Shown: positions 28,549-38,676 of the stretch, in pieces
Numbering within the stretch: position 1 is the first letter of the stretch
Layout of the letters: each line of letters starts with the position of its first letter
DNA from: a virus
Lineage: Duplodnaviria > Caudoviricetes
Virus record (IMG/VR): IMGVR_UViG_3300032331_000666
Span: 1 to 52,318 of that record
Length of the DNA: 52,318 nt
Strand: one strand, 5' to 3'
Notes under the pieces: model-generated
What the model was told of the DNA's origin: nothing
The model's input: the letters and a program-made list of their open reading frames with translations, nothing else
Databases searched by the model: none
Position numbers and translations under genes: made by a program

Positions 28549-30786
28549 ATGTTTAACAATAAATTTAGAATCGGTGTATTACAACATCCTGGATACCATA
28601 AAGGTAAAGGCGGAGGTGGTGGTTCAGCTGCACCTACGCAGTCTACTAATTATACGACTAATATTCCAGAATACGCTAAACCATATGTAGAGAATATGCT
28701 TAATGCTACTCAGGCTCAGATTTATGATCCTAGCATGAGCACATTTAATAAATATGTTCCTTATTCTACAGATCCTACTAAATACGTTGCTGGCTTTTCT
28801 CCACTACAAAGCTACGCACAATCTGGTGCAGCTGGATTAAATCTTCCTGCTAACTATGGGTTAGCCACTGGCCAAACATTAGGCACTGGCGCTCAAATGG
28901 GTGCGCTTGCACCACAAATGGGTATGGCTGGTGCAAATTATGCATCTATGGCTACTAATCCATATGCTACTAGCGCATACATGAATCCATATTTAAAAGC
29001 TTCTTTAGCTCCACAATTAGAAGAAGCACGTAGACAATATGACATTACTGGAGCACAACAACAATCGGCTGCTACTCGTGCTGGTGGTTTTGGTGGTTCT
29101 CGTGAAGCTCTCATGGCTGCTGAAAACAGACGTAATATGGGCACAGCTATGAACCAAATGATTGGTCAAGGTTATAACAATGCTTTTGGTCAAGCACAAC
29201 AAGCGCAACAGTTTGGTGCTAACTTAGGTCTTCAAGGTCAACAAGGTCAGTTAAGTGCATTACAAGGTCAGCTTGGTGCTGCTAATCAATTGGCGGGTCT
29301 TGGTGGTCAACAACTACAAGCCCAACAAGGTATCTACAATCTTCAGAATCAACTTGGTCAGCAACAACAAACACAACAACAAAACGTTATCAATCAAGCT
29401 ATTCAAAACTACGCTACAGAACAACAATATCCATTTATGCAATTGGGTGTTCTCAACTCTATGCTTCGTGGTTTACCAATGCAACAATCTTCTACACAAA
29501 TGTATCAAGCACCTCCAAGTACAGTATCTCAATTGGCAGGTTTAGGTACAGCAGGTCTTGGTGCATTAGGTATGTACAATCAAGCTACAGGTGGTAAAAG
29601 CGGTGGATTGATGGAAGTTAAGAAGATGGCTATTGGTGGTAGTGCTATTCCAATGAAGAGCTACTCTGACCAACAATTACAAGGCGTATTAAAAAGCCCA
29701 GCATCATCTATGATGGCTGATATCTATGCTCAATCTTTAATGAAAGATCGTGCTTACTTAAAAGCTAATCCATTGGCTGCTAACTTAATTAGTCAACAAC
29801 AAATGCCATCAGGAATACCGCAAGCAATGCCACAAGGAATGCCTCCACAAGCTCCACAAACACCTCCTATGCCTTCTCCAGATCAAATGGCTATGGCACC
29901 CCAAACACGTATGGGTTTAGATAATATTGGCACTGGTGAGATGACTCAAATGGCTGGTGGTGGTTTATTAGCGTTTGCTGATGGCGATGTAGTTCCATCT
30001 ACAAAAGTATTACCATCTATGGATCCTAATGTAATCCCTAAAGATAAAAAAGGCGACTACGATTGGGATACTTATATTGCAAACAAACTATCACAAAAAT
30101 ATGCAGAAAGCCCAACTGTTAAATCTCAAAGAGAAGCTTTAGAAGCTGGTATTGCTGAGCGTAAAAAGGGCATGGGTTATGAAGGCTTAACTCGCTTTGG
30201 TTTAGACTTAATGGCTGGCCAATCTCCTTACGCTTTATCTAATGTAGGCGCTGCTGGTAAATCAGCATTAGACTTTATGTCTGGAGAAGGTAAAGATATT
30301 GCTAAAGATAGAGAAAAACTTCTTGAACTTAAATCTGGCGAAGAGAAAAATAAAGAAGCTCGTGAAGCTCAAATGTTGGGCTATGCAATCCAAGCTGACA
30401 CAGCTAAGAAGAATAAGATTCTACAAATGCAACAAATTGCAGCAACTCGTGATGCTACTGCAGCAAATCAACTTGCTACTAACCAACAAAATGCAGCTAA
30501 ACTTTACAGTGACAATATGGTTAAAAATGTATTATCATTACGTAAATACTATTCTGATACTGGTTTACCAGTGGACGAAAATGATTTACAAGCAGAAGCA
30601 GAAAGACTTACATATAACGCCTTTAAATCTGCTCCAAAAGGCAGTGTCATGGCTGATTATATGGCTGGTGTTCCTGCGCCTGAAGCAAGAAAACCAAAAG
30701 AAGTGGCACCTAAAAAAGAGCCAGGTTTCTTTGAAAACCTTTTTGGTGGAAGTAAAGCAGTAGATTTTAATCAACTACCTAAGTAG
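28549..30786 (+). CDS. DNA ejection/pilot protein
   Basis: GKGGGGGS, NIPEYAKPY, YMNPY, AGGFGGSR, Q-rich helices, hydrophobic GLGTAGLGALG. Confidence 0.7.
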   Translation: MFNNKFRIGVLQHPGYHKGKGGGGGSAAPTQSTNYTTNIPEYAKPYVENMLNATQAQIYDPSMSTFNKYVPYSTDPTKYVAGFSPLQSYAQSGAAGLNLPANYGLATGQTLGTGAQMGALAPQMGMAGANYASMATNPYATSAYMNPYLKASLAPQLEEARRQYDITGAQQQSAATRAGGFGGSREALMAAENRRNMGTAMNQMIGQGYNNAFGQAQQAQQFGANLGLQGQQGQLSALQGQLGAANQLAGLGGQQLQAQQGIYNLQNQLGQQQQTQQQNVINQAIQNYATEQQYPFMQLGVLNSMLRGLPMQQSSTQMYQAPPSTVSQLAGLGTAGLGALGMYNQATGGKSGGLMEVKKMAIGGSAIPMKSYSDQQLQGVLKSPASSMMADIYAQSLMKDRAYLKANPLAANLISQQQMPSGIPQAMPQGMPPQAPQTPPMPSPDQMAMAPQTRMGLDNIGTGEMTQMAGGGLLAFADGDVVPSTKVLPSMDPNVIPKDKKGDYDWDTYIANKLSQKYAESPTVKSQREALEAGIAERKKGMGYEGLTRFGLDLMAGQSPYALSNVGAAGKSALDFMSGEGKDIAKDREKLLELKSGEEKNKEAREAQMLGYAIQADTAKKNKILQMQQIAATRDATAANQLATNQQNAAKLYSDNMVKNVLSLRKYYSDTGLPVDENDLQAEAERLTYNAFKSAPKGSVMADYMAGVPAPEARKPKEVAPKKEPGFFENLFGGSKAVDFNQLPK

Positions 30787-30789
30787 ATT

Positions 30790-33700
30790 ATGCCAATAGA
30801 TGTCAGGATGCCTGATGGGACTCTTGTAAAGAACGTCCCAGATAACATAACGCAAGCTGATTTGCTTGCCAGATATAATGCCTTCTCGGCACAACCTGCC
30901 ACGTCTATAGCTCCTGAAATACAAGTAAAACCACAAGCTCCTCAAGTTGGTCCTGAAGGCGCTCCTATACCTCCTATACTACAAACACAAACCCAAGTTT
31001 CAGAAGATAGACCACTTGCTGGATCTGCTAGAAAAGGCATAGTTAATTTACAGCAAACTGGTGAAAACTTACGCCTTGCTAATCTTATGGAGTTACAAGA
31101 CGCATACAAACAACAGTATGGTCAAGGCTATGAAAATGCTCCCCCAGAAAAGATTGTAGATCTACAAAAACTAGAAGATGATATTAATACTTCTAAACGT
31201 GTATCTACATCTTATGATTTAAAACGTCAAACACTTAGCAAGCAATATGGTATTACGCCATTATCTCAAAAGCTAGATGAAGTTCAATCTACTCCAGAAT
31301 ATCAAAATGCAAGTGGCATTCAAAAGTTTCAATCTATTGGTGAGACATTACTTAAAAACCCAGGAGACATACCATCTTACATTGGTAACATTGGATTAGA
31401 AAGTTTACCTAATTCAATGGCCATGATGGCTTCTGCTGTTGTTGCTAGGTATATGACTGGCAGTCCATCTTCTGCAGCTGTAGCAGGTGGAACTACATCT
31501 TCATTTACAGAGTTTGGCAATCAATATGTAAGTAACAGAGAACAAGGAAAATCCCACCAAGACGCTATGGCGGAAGCATCTGTTAAATCTGGAATCATTG
31601 GTTACTTTGATGCCGTATCATTTGGATCTGCTGGTAAAGCACTAGAAGAAATCATTAAAGAATTTAGTAAGGGTGCCATTAAATCTACTGCAAAAGAAGT
31701 AGGTAAAGAAACTGTTAAACAAGCAGCTTATGGTGCTGCTGGAGAAGCTGTAGGATCAGTTGCTACAGGACAGCCTATTGATCCACGTGCTGTAGTAGAA
31801 GAAGCCCTAGGTGAAATTGCTGGCGCACCTATGGAAGCTGTTACAACATACAGATCTAATAAAGCAATTGCAGATCAAAATGTACGACCAACACCGCCTC
31901 CAGTATCAGAAAGAGTAGAGCCAGAAGTAACTCCTATTCGACCTGCTACTACAGAACCTGCCACAGTAGAAACTTCCGCCCCTACAAAAGTAGATACATC
32001 ACATGATACTCAAGCTATGCTTGATGAGTTATCTGGCAAGGATGTTGAATATGTGCCAGAAGAAGAAATAAAACCTATTGGACCTCCAAGGCTTACAGAA
32101 GAGGAAAAGGCTCAGCTTGCACCATTAGATAAGCTGAATGCTAAAGACCGTAAGATACATAATATGCCAACGCCAGAACTTCAAGCAATGGCTGATCAAG
32201 GAATGATTCAATGGTCAGATGAATTTATTGATTCTTTAAACAAACCAAAACAAGAAGTTATTCAAACTACCCCCATGGGTAACAATACCGAATACCATGT
32301 TTTACAAAACGATCAAGGCCATGTTGCAAATCTTTACGATAAAGACGCTGGTCAATACGTTCCTGGAAGTTTGAGAATATTCCCTACTGAGACATTTGGA
32401 GAGCAAACAGAAACAGCAGCTAAGAATTTTGTTCAAGAGGAACAGGACAAAGCTGCACAATATGAACCATCAATTAAAGAAGAGCCTACAGGTATTATTT
32501 CTGAAGAAGAAAGACAATTTACTCCAGTAGGTGGCAGGCTTATCAATAAGAAAGATGCTGATAAATTAGCTCGTGAGTCAGCTATTGCATTAGAACAAAA
32601 TTTAAAGAATCAAGAAATTCAAAGAGACAAACAGATTAGACGTGAGATTCGTGAAGATAGGTTCCCAGCTGCTGAAACACCATCGCTAGCTTCAGCTCTT
32701 AAAGCTTTAGGTGGTATCAACCAATCCAATAAATTAGATATGCTAGGAGATACTGGCAAACTGTTTAATTATGAAAGTGCTTTTTCAAAAGATGGTGAGG
32801 ACTTACTTACCTATATTGAAAAGGGAGACCTTGATCAATACCTTCCACATCAAATACGTTTAAGTAATACACCTGAAGGCGAAGCATTTGATCCTAGACC
32901 TGGATATGAATATATATCTAAAGTTATTGAGTCAAAACAAAAAGCATATGATTACGAATATGAATTAGCTAAGATTGATCATGAAAATCAGATCAAAGAA
33001 AAATATCTAGCTAAACAATACATGGAACCTAACGAAGAAGCAAGAGTTGCTAGAATTGAAGATTTAAATTTAGGTCCGATGTATGAAAAAATAAAAGCCA
33101 AGCCAGGTGCTAACGTAGGAAGAATAGCAAAAATGCTAGGCCCTCAACTATATGGCAGCATGGAAAACATATCTGAAGTTTCTGTAAAAGAAATGGTTCA
33201 AAATTCGTTTGATGCAATTAAAACGATGATTGAAAAAGGTGTTATGGATAAGGGCAATATTAGCATTAATATGAATGTAAGCGACAGATCTATTACAATC
33301 AAAGATAATGGTAGTGGAATGAGTCCAGATGTTCTTCAAAATACATTTTTTACCATTGCTGGAACAAATAAAGAAACTGAGTTTGGCTCTGGAGGGTTTG
33401 GTATTGCTAAAATGTTATTTTTATTTGGCAATCAAAACGTAGAAGTCACTACCATGCGTGACGGACAAATTAGCCATTTTGTTGCGTCTGGAGAACAATT
33501 AAAAGCGTCTTTAGATGATCCATCTCAAGCTCCAGATATTAACACTTATGCTGCTGACCAATACAACAAAACAGAACTAAGAGAAGATTTTCCGCAAGGA
33601 CATGGCACTATAGTAACAGTTGTTGTTCCAGAAACATTTACCAATCCATCAACTGGGAAAACTGAAGATATTCCTTTTGTTGCAGATAAATTTGAATTTC

Positions 33701-36700
33701 CAGTATTAAGATATAGCCCATTATTTTCAAATATTGAAATGAGATTTAATGAGGAAAATTTAATGCTTGGATCTTCATTTCCCAAAGAAGATTACACTAC
33801 ATTTGTTAATGCGGATTTTGATTGGGGTACTGCAAGAATATACGTAAGTACATCTGAAAGAGATAGATGGGGTAAAAATTTACATGTACTATCCAATGGT
33901 TTATGGCAATTTAGTGAAGAATTAACAAAAAAACCAGGTGATAAATATGCAGATAATATTCCATATAGATTTTATGTAGACATTGTTTCTAGAGCAAAAC
34001 CAGATGAACAAGGATATCCATTTACATTTAATCGCCAAAGTCTTACAAAAGAAGCAACTGCTGATCTTGATCTTATAAAAAATTACTTGTGGCTTAACTA
34101 CACAAAAAAAGATATATCTAGCACAAGTACTAGCTTTGGAAATGTACATTACCTAAGCAAAAAAAATGGCAAAATTAATGTTTCAGCAAAAGAAGATTTA
34201 AATCCAGAAGTTAATGTTCAAGAAATTTCAGATGGCATTCAAGAAGGATCTAATGTAAAAGTTATTGATGGTAAGTTAATTGTAAACGGAAAAGAAATAC
34301 CAGCATTAAATCTACAAGATCTAAAAAATGCAACTATTGACTTAGATGAGTTAAAAATACCTCAAGACAATGTCAAATCAAATGACATCATGGTTCATGA
34401 TAATTTAGGAGTAGAAATTGAAGGAAACTTCAGGCCTATTACTGAATTAGCTAAAGAAAAGTTTGGCGAACGTTTTGATCAATTTATGTATGAAATTGGA
34501 GACGTATTTAAAACATTAAGAGACCGTGTCGTTTATCTTAATATTAAAGGTGAATTACCAAATTATGATGATGTTGGCTATAAAGATTTAGCTAACCATG
34601 CTATTGGTATATCATTTGACAAAGAATATAGAGGTGTTAGTATTAAACTACCATTTAATGGTATGTTTATTAACCCAGCATTACCAGAATTTACAGATCC
34701 AGAAGGTGCTGGTTTTGGTTTATTTGGTACAATGATACATGAGTTGGCTCATTATCAAGTACGAGATCATGAAGAAAAGTTTCCTGCAGAAATGCAAAGA
34801 CTTAGTATTGTTTTAAAGAAAGACAAAGAATTTGACTTGAATGGTTTAGAACAAGAGCTTGTAAAGTCAGTTATTAAAAATAAAGATATATTAGACTATT
34901 TAAATGACCTTGGAGTAAATTATGAATCAGAAGCTATTGGACAGCGTTTCAAAGACAGCGAATACGAAAGAGCAACTAGACGCACTTCTCAGAACATATC
35001 TGAGTCTGGGAGAGCGAGACAACCTGGACGGGAAGTATCTAGCAACATTAAATCAAGGGATCAAATTGCTAGACAAATGCAGCAATATCAATCAGTTCCG
35101 TCAGCGAATCAAACAACACAAAGGCGTGTAGCAGGACAACCACCACCTAGAAACTTTAGAGGCCAAGAAGTATTGCCTCAATGGCACGGTCCTGAAGAAT
35201 CTAAAATAGATGATTGGATTTACAATCTTCAAAACAAACAGATTGATACTAAGCGTGTTCAAGAAGCTATTGGTGACATAGAAGAGAACTGGAACGTATA
35301 CGAAAAAGAACAGCTATACCATGGTAGAACTGCATCAGGTATTCGTAACTTCTTACTCAAAGAACTTCTACCAGTTATCAAAGAAATTGAACGCTTAAAA
35401 ATTAGCCCTGAAGACATTCGTACTTACTTGCATAATCGTCATGCAGAAGAGCGTAACATTCGCATGAATGAAAAAAATCCAGATATCTACGATCCTAAAA
35501 CAGGAAGAACAACTCCTAATCCACTTAAAGACAAAGCATCTGGTATTCATACTAACGATGCACGAGCTTATTTAGCAGGTTTAGATCCAGCTAGAAAACA
35601 AATCTTAGAACAGATTGCAACTAAGTTTGATGAAATGGTTAAAGGCACACAAGATGTATTAATAGCTTCTGGTGCAGAAACTAAAGAGACTATAGACAAA
35701 TGGAATAAAATTTACAAACATTACGTCCCATTATTTAGAGTTGAAGATGATATGGCCAGACCATCAGGCCTGAGTGGTGTTGGTCAAGGCTTTGGTTCTC
35801 GTGGTGACTTTAGTAAACGTGCTATGGGTTCAGAGAAAGATGTTCAAGATATTTTAAGTAACATTATTGCTCAGCGTGAACGTGCTTTAATCCGTGCTGA
35901 AAAAATTAGAGTAGGCCGTGCTTTATATGGCATGGCTATACAGAATCCTAATCCAGACTTCTGGTTACCTATTAACCCTGATGCCATTAGAAATAAGAAA
36001 CAAGCTATTGCTGAATTAAGACGCATGGGTATTCCTGACGCTGAAGATGTAGTAAACAATCTAATGGCTGAGCCTAAAGAGCGTTATCTTAAAAAGATAA
36101 ACGCTGCTGAAGGAGCTGTTGAGCCCGATGAAAATTTTGACTTTGATTCAGGTCTTCCAGTTAATGAAAGTAAAGAGGTTGTGGCATCTAAGATTAATGT
36201 CATGGCTCGATATAAAGACTTTGTATTCCCAGTTAGAATTAATGGTAAAGACAGGTATATATTCTTTAATAAGAATGATCCAAGATCATTACGCATGGTT
36301 CAATCATTAAAGAACTTAGATGTAGAGAATCTAGGATTAGCATTAAGTATTGCTGGTAAGTTTACCCGCTGGTTTAAAAACGTTAATACACAATACAATC
36401 CAGTATTTGGACTAGTCAACTTCGTCCGTGACTTTAGTGGCGCATTACTTAACTTAACTAGCACAGAGATTAAGGGCGAACAGGCTAAAGTTATTGCAGG
36501 CGCTTATAAAGCTATGGGTGGTATCCTAAACGTACACCGTGCTGAGCGTAAAGGCAAACCATTACCTACTGGACCATGGGCTAAGCTATACCAAGAAGCC
36601 CGTGCTGAAGGATTCCAAACAGGCTATCGTGATTCATTGATTCGTAATCAAGAAGAAATGCAAATTATTGAACATACGCTTGAACAGTTTAAAGATAGTA

Positions 36701-37944
36701 ATACTAAGAAAGCTTTTTACTCTGTGATTGGAGGACTTACAGACTTCAATGACATGATGGAAAATGCTATTCGCTTATCTGCTTATAAGGTAGCTCTTGA
36801 CAAAGGTCTATCAAAACAAAAAGCAGCGATCATTGCTAAGAATTTAACAGTTAACTTTGATAAGAAGGGTGCTAAAACTGCTCAAGTCAATGCGCTTTAT
36901 GCATTCTTCAACGCATCTATTCAAGGTACTGAACGTATCTATCAAACAATTAAGGGCCCTAAAGGCAAGATGATTATTGGTGGTGGTATCTTAGCTGGTA
37001 TGGTTCAAGCTGTAATGCTGGCAGCTGCTGGATATGACGATGATGATCCTCCAGAGTTTGTTCGTGAAAAGAACTTTATTATTCCATTGATTGATGGTAC
37101 ATACTTAACCGTACCTTATCCATTAGGTTATAACGTGCTACCTAACGCAGGCCGTATTGTTATGGACTTTATGTTACATGGTGGACGTGATCCAGGTAAG
37201 CATTCAGTATCTTTATTAGCATCCACTTTAAATTCATTTAACCCATTAGGTAACACAAGCCTTTCATTCCAAACACTTGCCCCTACAATTGCAGATCCAT
37301 TGGTTGCATTAGGTGAAAATAAAGATGCGTTTGGTAGACCTATCTCTCGTAAGGATCGTGCTACAGCACCAACGCCTGGCTATACAAGATCAAGAGAAAC
37401 AGCATCTAAAATTAGCCAAGGATTAGCTTACTTCCTTAACTTAGCATCAAATGGATCTAAGTATCAAAAAGGTTATATTAGTCCAACGGCTGATGAGCTT
37501 GACTTTATTGCAGGCCAGGTCGGTGGTGGTTTGTATCGTGAAGTCACTAAAGCTGGTAAAGCTATTAGCGCAATAGTCACTGGTGAAGAGATTCCAACAT
37601 ACCAAAGACCAGTGGTGGGTCGTTTTGCAGGCAAGACAGGATCACAAGCATCCGTATCACAATCATTCTATGATAATGTGACTCGCATGACTGACCACGA
37701 GAATGAGATAAAAGGTCGTATGAAGAATAGAGAAGACGTAGAAGGATATTTAACAGATCATCCAGAGGCTAGATTATGGAAGAGAGCTAACTCTGTTGAG
37801 AATAAAATTAATGAATTGAATAAAAGAAAGCGTTTATTTGCAGAACGTGGCTTCCCTAAAGAGCGTATCCAAGCTGTTGATGCTCAAAAAACTATGCTCA
37901 TGCAAAGATTTAATACTCAGGTTAAGAACTTACGTCCTGATTAA
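30790..37944 (+). CDS. Giant polyvalent/ejection protein: GHKL ATPase + HExxH metallopeptidase + LPD38-like C-terminus
   Basis: KEMVQNSFDA, IKDNGSGM, SGGFGIAK (GHKL boxes); MIHELAH...H; HYVPLFR, NPVF..VNF.RD, LYAFFNASIQG, ENKDAFGRPI. Confidence 0.8.
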   Translation: MPIDVRMPDGTLVKNVPDNITQADLLARYNAFSAQPATSIAPEIQVKPQAPQVGPEGAPIPPILQTQTQVSEDRPLAGSARKGIVNLQQTGENLRLANLMELQDAYKQQYGQGYENAPPEKIVDLQKLEDDINTSKRVSTSYDLKRQTLSKQYGITPLSQKLDEVQSTPEYQNASGIQKFQSIGETLLKNPGDIPSYIGNIGLESLPNSMAMMASAVVARYMTGSPSSAAVAGGTTSSFTEFGNQYVSNREQGKSHQDAMAEASVKSGIIGYFDAVSFGSAGKALEEIIKEFSKGAIKSTAKEVGKETVKQAAYGAAGEAVGSVATGQPIDPRAVVEEALGEIAGAPMEAVTTYRSNKAIADQNVRPTPPPVSERVEPEVTPIRPATTEPATVETSAPTKVDTSHDTQAMLDELSGKDVEYVPEEEIKPIGPPRLTEEEKAQLAPLDKLNAKDRKIHNMPTPELQAMADQGMIQWSDEFIDSLNKPKQEVIQTTPMGNNTEYHVLQNDQGHVANLYDKDAGQYVPGSLRIFPTETFGEQTETAAKNFVQEEQDKAAQYEPSIKEEPTGIISEEERQFTPVGGRLINKKDADKLARESAIALEQNLKNQEIQRDKQIRREIREDRFPAAETPSLASALKALGGINQSNKLDMLGDTGKLFNYESAFSKDGEDLLTYIEKGDLDQYLPHQIRLSNTPEGEAFDPRPGYEYISKVIESKQKAYDYEYELAKIDHENQIKEKYLAKQYMEPNEEARVARIEDLNLGPMYEKIKAKPGANVGRIAKMLGPQLYGSMENISEVSVKEMVQNSFDAIKTMIEKGVMDKGNISINMNVSDRSITIKDNGSGMSPDVLQNTFFTIAGTNKETEFGSGGFGIAKMLFLFGNQNVEVTTMRDGQISHFVASGEQLKASLDDPSQAPDINTYAADQYNKTELREDFPQGHGTIVTVVVPETFTNPSTGKTEDIPFVADKFEFPVLRYSPLFSNIEMRFNEENLMLGSSFPKEDYTTFVNADFDWGTARIYVSTSERDRWGKNLHVLSNGLWQFSEELTKKPGDKYADNIPYRFYVDIVSRAKPDEQGYPFTFNRQSLTKEATADLDLIKNYLWLNYTKKDISSTSTSFGNVHYLSKKNGKINVSAKEDLNPEVNVQEISDGIQEGSNVKVIDGKLIVNGKEIPALNLQDLKNATIDLDELKIPQDNVKSNDIMVHDNLGVEIEGNFRPITELAKEKFGERFDQFMYEIGDVFKTLRDRVVYLNIKGELPNYDDVGYKDLANHAIGISFDKEYRGVSIKLPFNGMFINPALPEFTDPEGAGFGLFGTMIHELAHYQVRDHEEKFPAEMQRLSIVLKKDKEFDLNGLEQELVKSVIKNKDILDYLNDLGVNYESEAIGQRFKDSEYERATRRTSQNISESGRARQPGREVSSNIKSRDQIARQMQQYQSVPSANQTTQRRVAGQPPPRNFRGQEVLPQWHGPEESKIDDWIYNLQNKQIDTKRVQEAIGDIEENWNVYEKEQLYHGRTASGIRNFLLKELLPVIKEIERLKISPEDIRTYLHNRHAEERNIRMNEKNPDIYDPKTGRTTPNPLKDKASGIHTNDARAYLAGLDPARKQILEQIATKFDEMVKGTQDVLIASGAETKETIDKWNKIYKHYVPLFRVEDDMARPSGLSGVGQGFGSRGDFSKRAMGSEKDVQDILSNIIAQRERALIRAEKIRVGRALYGMAIQNPNPDFWLPINPDAIRNKKQAIAELRRMGIPDAEDVVNNLMAEPKERYLKKINAAEGAVEPDENFDFDSGLPVNESKEVVASKINVMARYKDFVFPVRINGKDRYIFFNKNDPRSLRMVQSLKNLDVENLGLALSIAGKFTRWFKNVNTQYNPVFGLVNFVRDFSGALLNLTSTEIKGEQAKVIAGAYKAMGGILNVHRAERKGKPLPTGPWAKLYQEARAEGFQTGYRDSLIRNQEEMQIIEHTLEQFKDSNTKKAFYSVIGGLTDFNDMMENAIRLSAYKVALDKGLSKQKAAIIAKNLTVNFDKKGAKTAQVNALYAFFNASIQGTERIYQTIKGPKGKMIIGGGILAGMVQAVMLAAAGYDDDDPPEFVREKNFIIPLIDGTYLTVPYPLGYNVLPNAGRIVMDFMLHGGRDPGKHSVSLLASTLNSFNPLGNTSLSFQTLAPTIADPLVALGENKDAFGRPISRKDRATAPTPGYTRSRETASKISQGLAYFLNLASNGSKYQKGYISPTADELDFIAGQVGGGLYREVTKAGKAISAIVTGEEIPTYQRPVVGRFAGKTGSQASVSQSFYDNVTRMTDHENEIKGRMKNREDVEGYLTDHPEARLWKRANSVENKINELNKRKRLFAERGFPKERIQAVDAQKTMLMQRFNTQVKNLRPD

Positions 37945-38290
37945 GCTCTGTAATTACTACGTCACAATACCCACCCTTAGTTACTTCCATCCTAGTTACA
38001 CATAACTTATCTATTTGAGAATCATTCTCATAGGCACCTGCATGTTCTAACGCATCTAATAAAGGCTTTAAAACGTTGTCTACATCCCTTTTTCTATTGT
38101 CAGGAGGGTACAGGTATACCTCCATGTGCAATCGTGCGTTTAAACGCCCTTCCTGTGCGGAATAGACACATAAAAACACAGATTCTCTAAACTCTTTTCC
38201 CTTTTTACCAAGAAACTTCTTAGATCCGACTTGTCCCCAGTAATGATTTACAGTAGGAGGGTATGGCAATGTTAGTTTTATTGTTTTCAT
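37922..38290 (-). CDS. rusA: Holliday junction resolvase RusA
   Basis: LPYPPTVNHYW...PPDNRKRDVDNVLKPLLDAL...NDSQID; likely start MKTIKL at 38290. Confidence 0.92.
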   Translation of the reverse strand: MKTIKLTLPYPPTVNHYWGQVGSKKFLGKKGKEFRESVFLCVYSAQEGRLNARLHMEVYLYPPDNRKRDVDNVLKPLLDALEHAGAYENDSQIDKLCVTRMEVTKGGYCDVVITELNQDVSS

Positions 38291-38297
38291 ATCGTGT

Positions 38298-38327
38298 ATT
38301 ATAACAGATGAATTAATATGGGTACAA
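38298..38327 (-). promoter_or_regulatory. Sigma70 promoter for rusA (extended -10)
   Basis: TTGTAC-18 nt-TATAAT with TGn extension; predicted +1 at about the ATG. Confidence 0.65.
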
Positions 38328-38331
38328 CCTA

Positions 38332-38360
38332 TTGACATGTATTTTATTCTATGCCACCAT
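38332..38360 (+). promoter_or_regulatory. Sigma70 promoter for the recombination operon
   Basis: TTGACA-17 nt-CACCAT with TG extension. Confidence 0.55.
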
Positions 38361-38391
38361 TACAACTCATTTTACTTTAACGGGGGACATT

Positions 38392-38676
38392 ATGAAAAGG
38401 TTTATATCAATAACAGAGCATCTAATGACAGATCAAAAATATAACGATCTTGTTAAAGATGGCTTTGAGCCAACAGAATTTATTACATCTATTACAGCTG
38501 ATCATGCTAGAAGTCGTGGATTAGATTCTAAAGTCAGATGTATAGAAGTAGAGTATGACATGTTAAATGATATATATAAGGCAGTAGATACTATTGCTAC
38601 AGATAAAGCATTTGATGAGTTAGAAGAAGCTATGCTTAATAACACATTGTGCCCTAGTGGAAATTGTGAAGCATGA
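38392..38676 (+). CDS. Hypothetical protein
   Basis: GGGGGA RBS before MKRFISIT; ends in CPSGNCEA. Confidence 0.6.
   Translation: MKRFISITEHLMTDQKYNDLVKDGFEPTEFITSITADHARSRGLDSKVRCIEVEYDMLNDIYKAVDTIATDKAFDELEEAMLNNTLCPSGNCEA

Noticed and set aside
38291-38391. ORF-track N-terminal extensions of rusA (38338) and the 38332 ORF
   Set aside because: They run through the divergent promoters; the family N-terminus and RBS support starts at 38290 and 38392.
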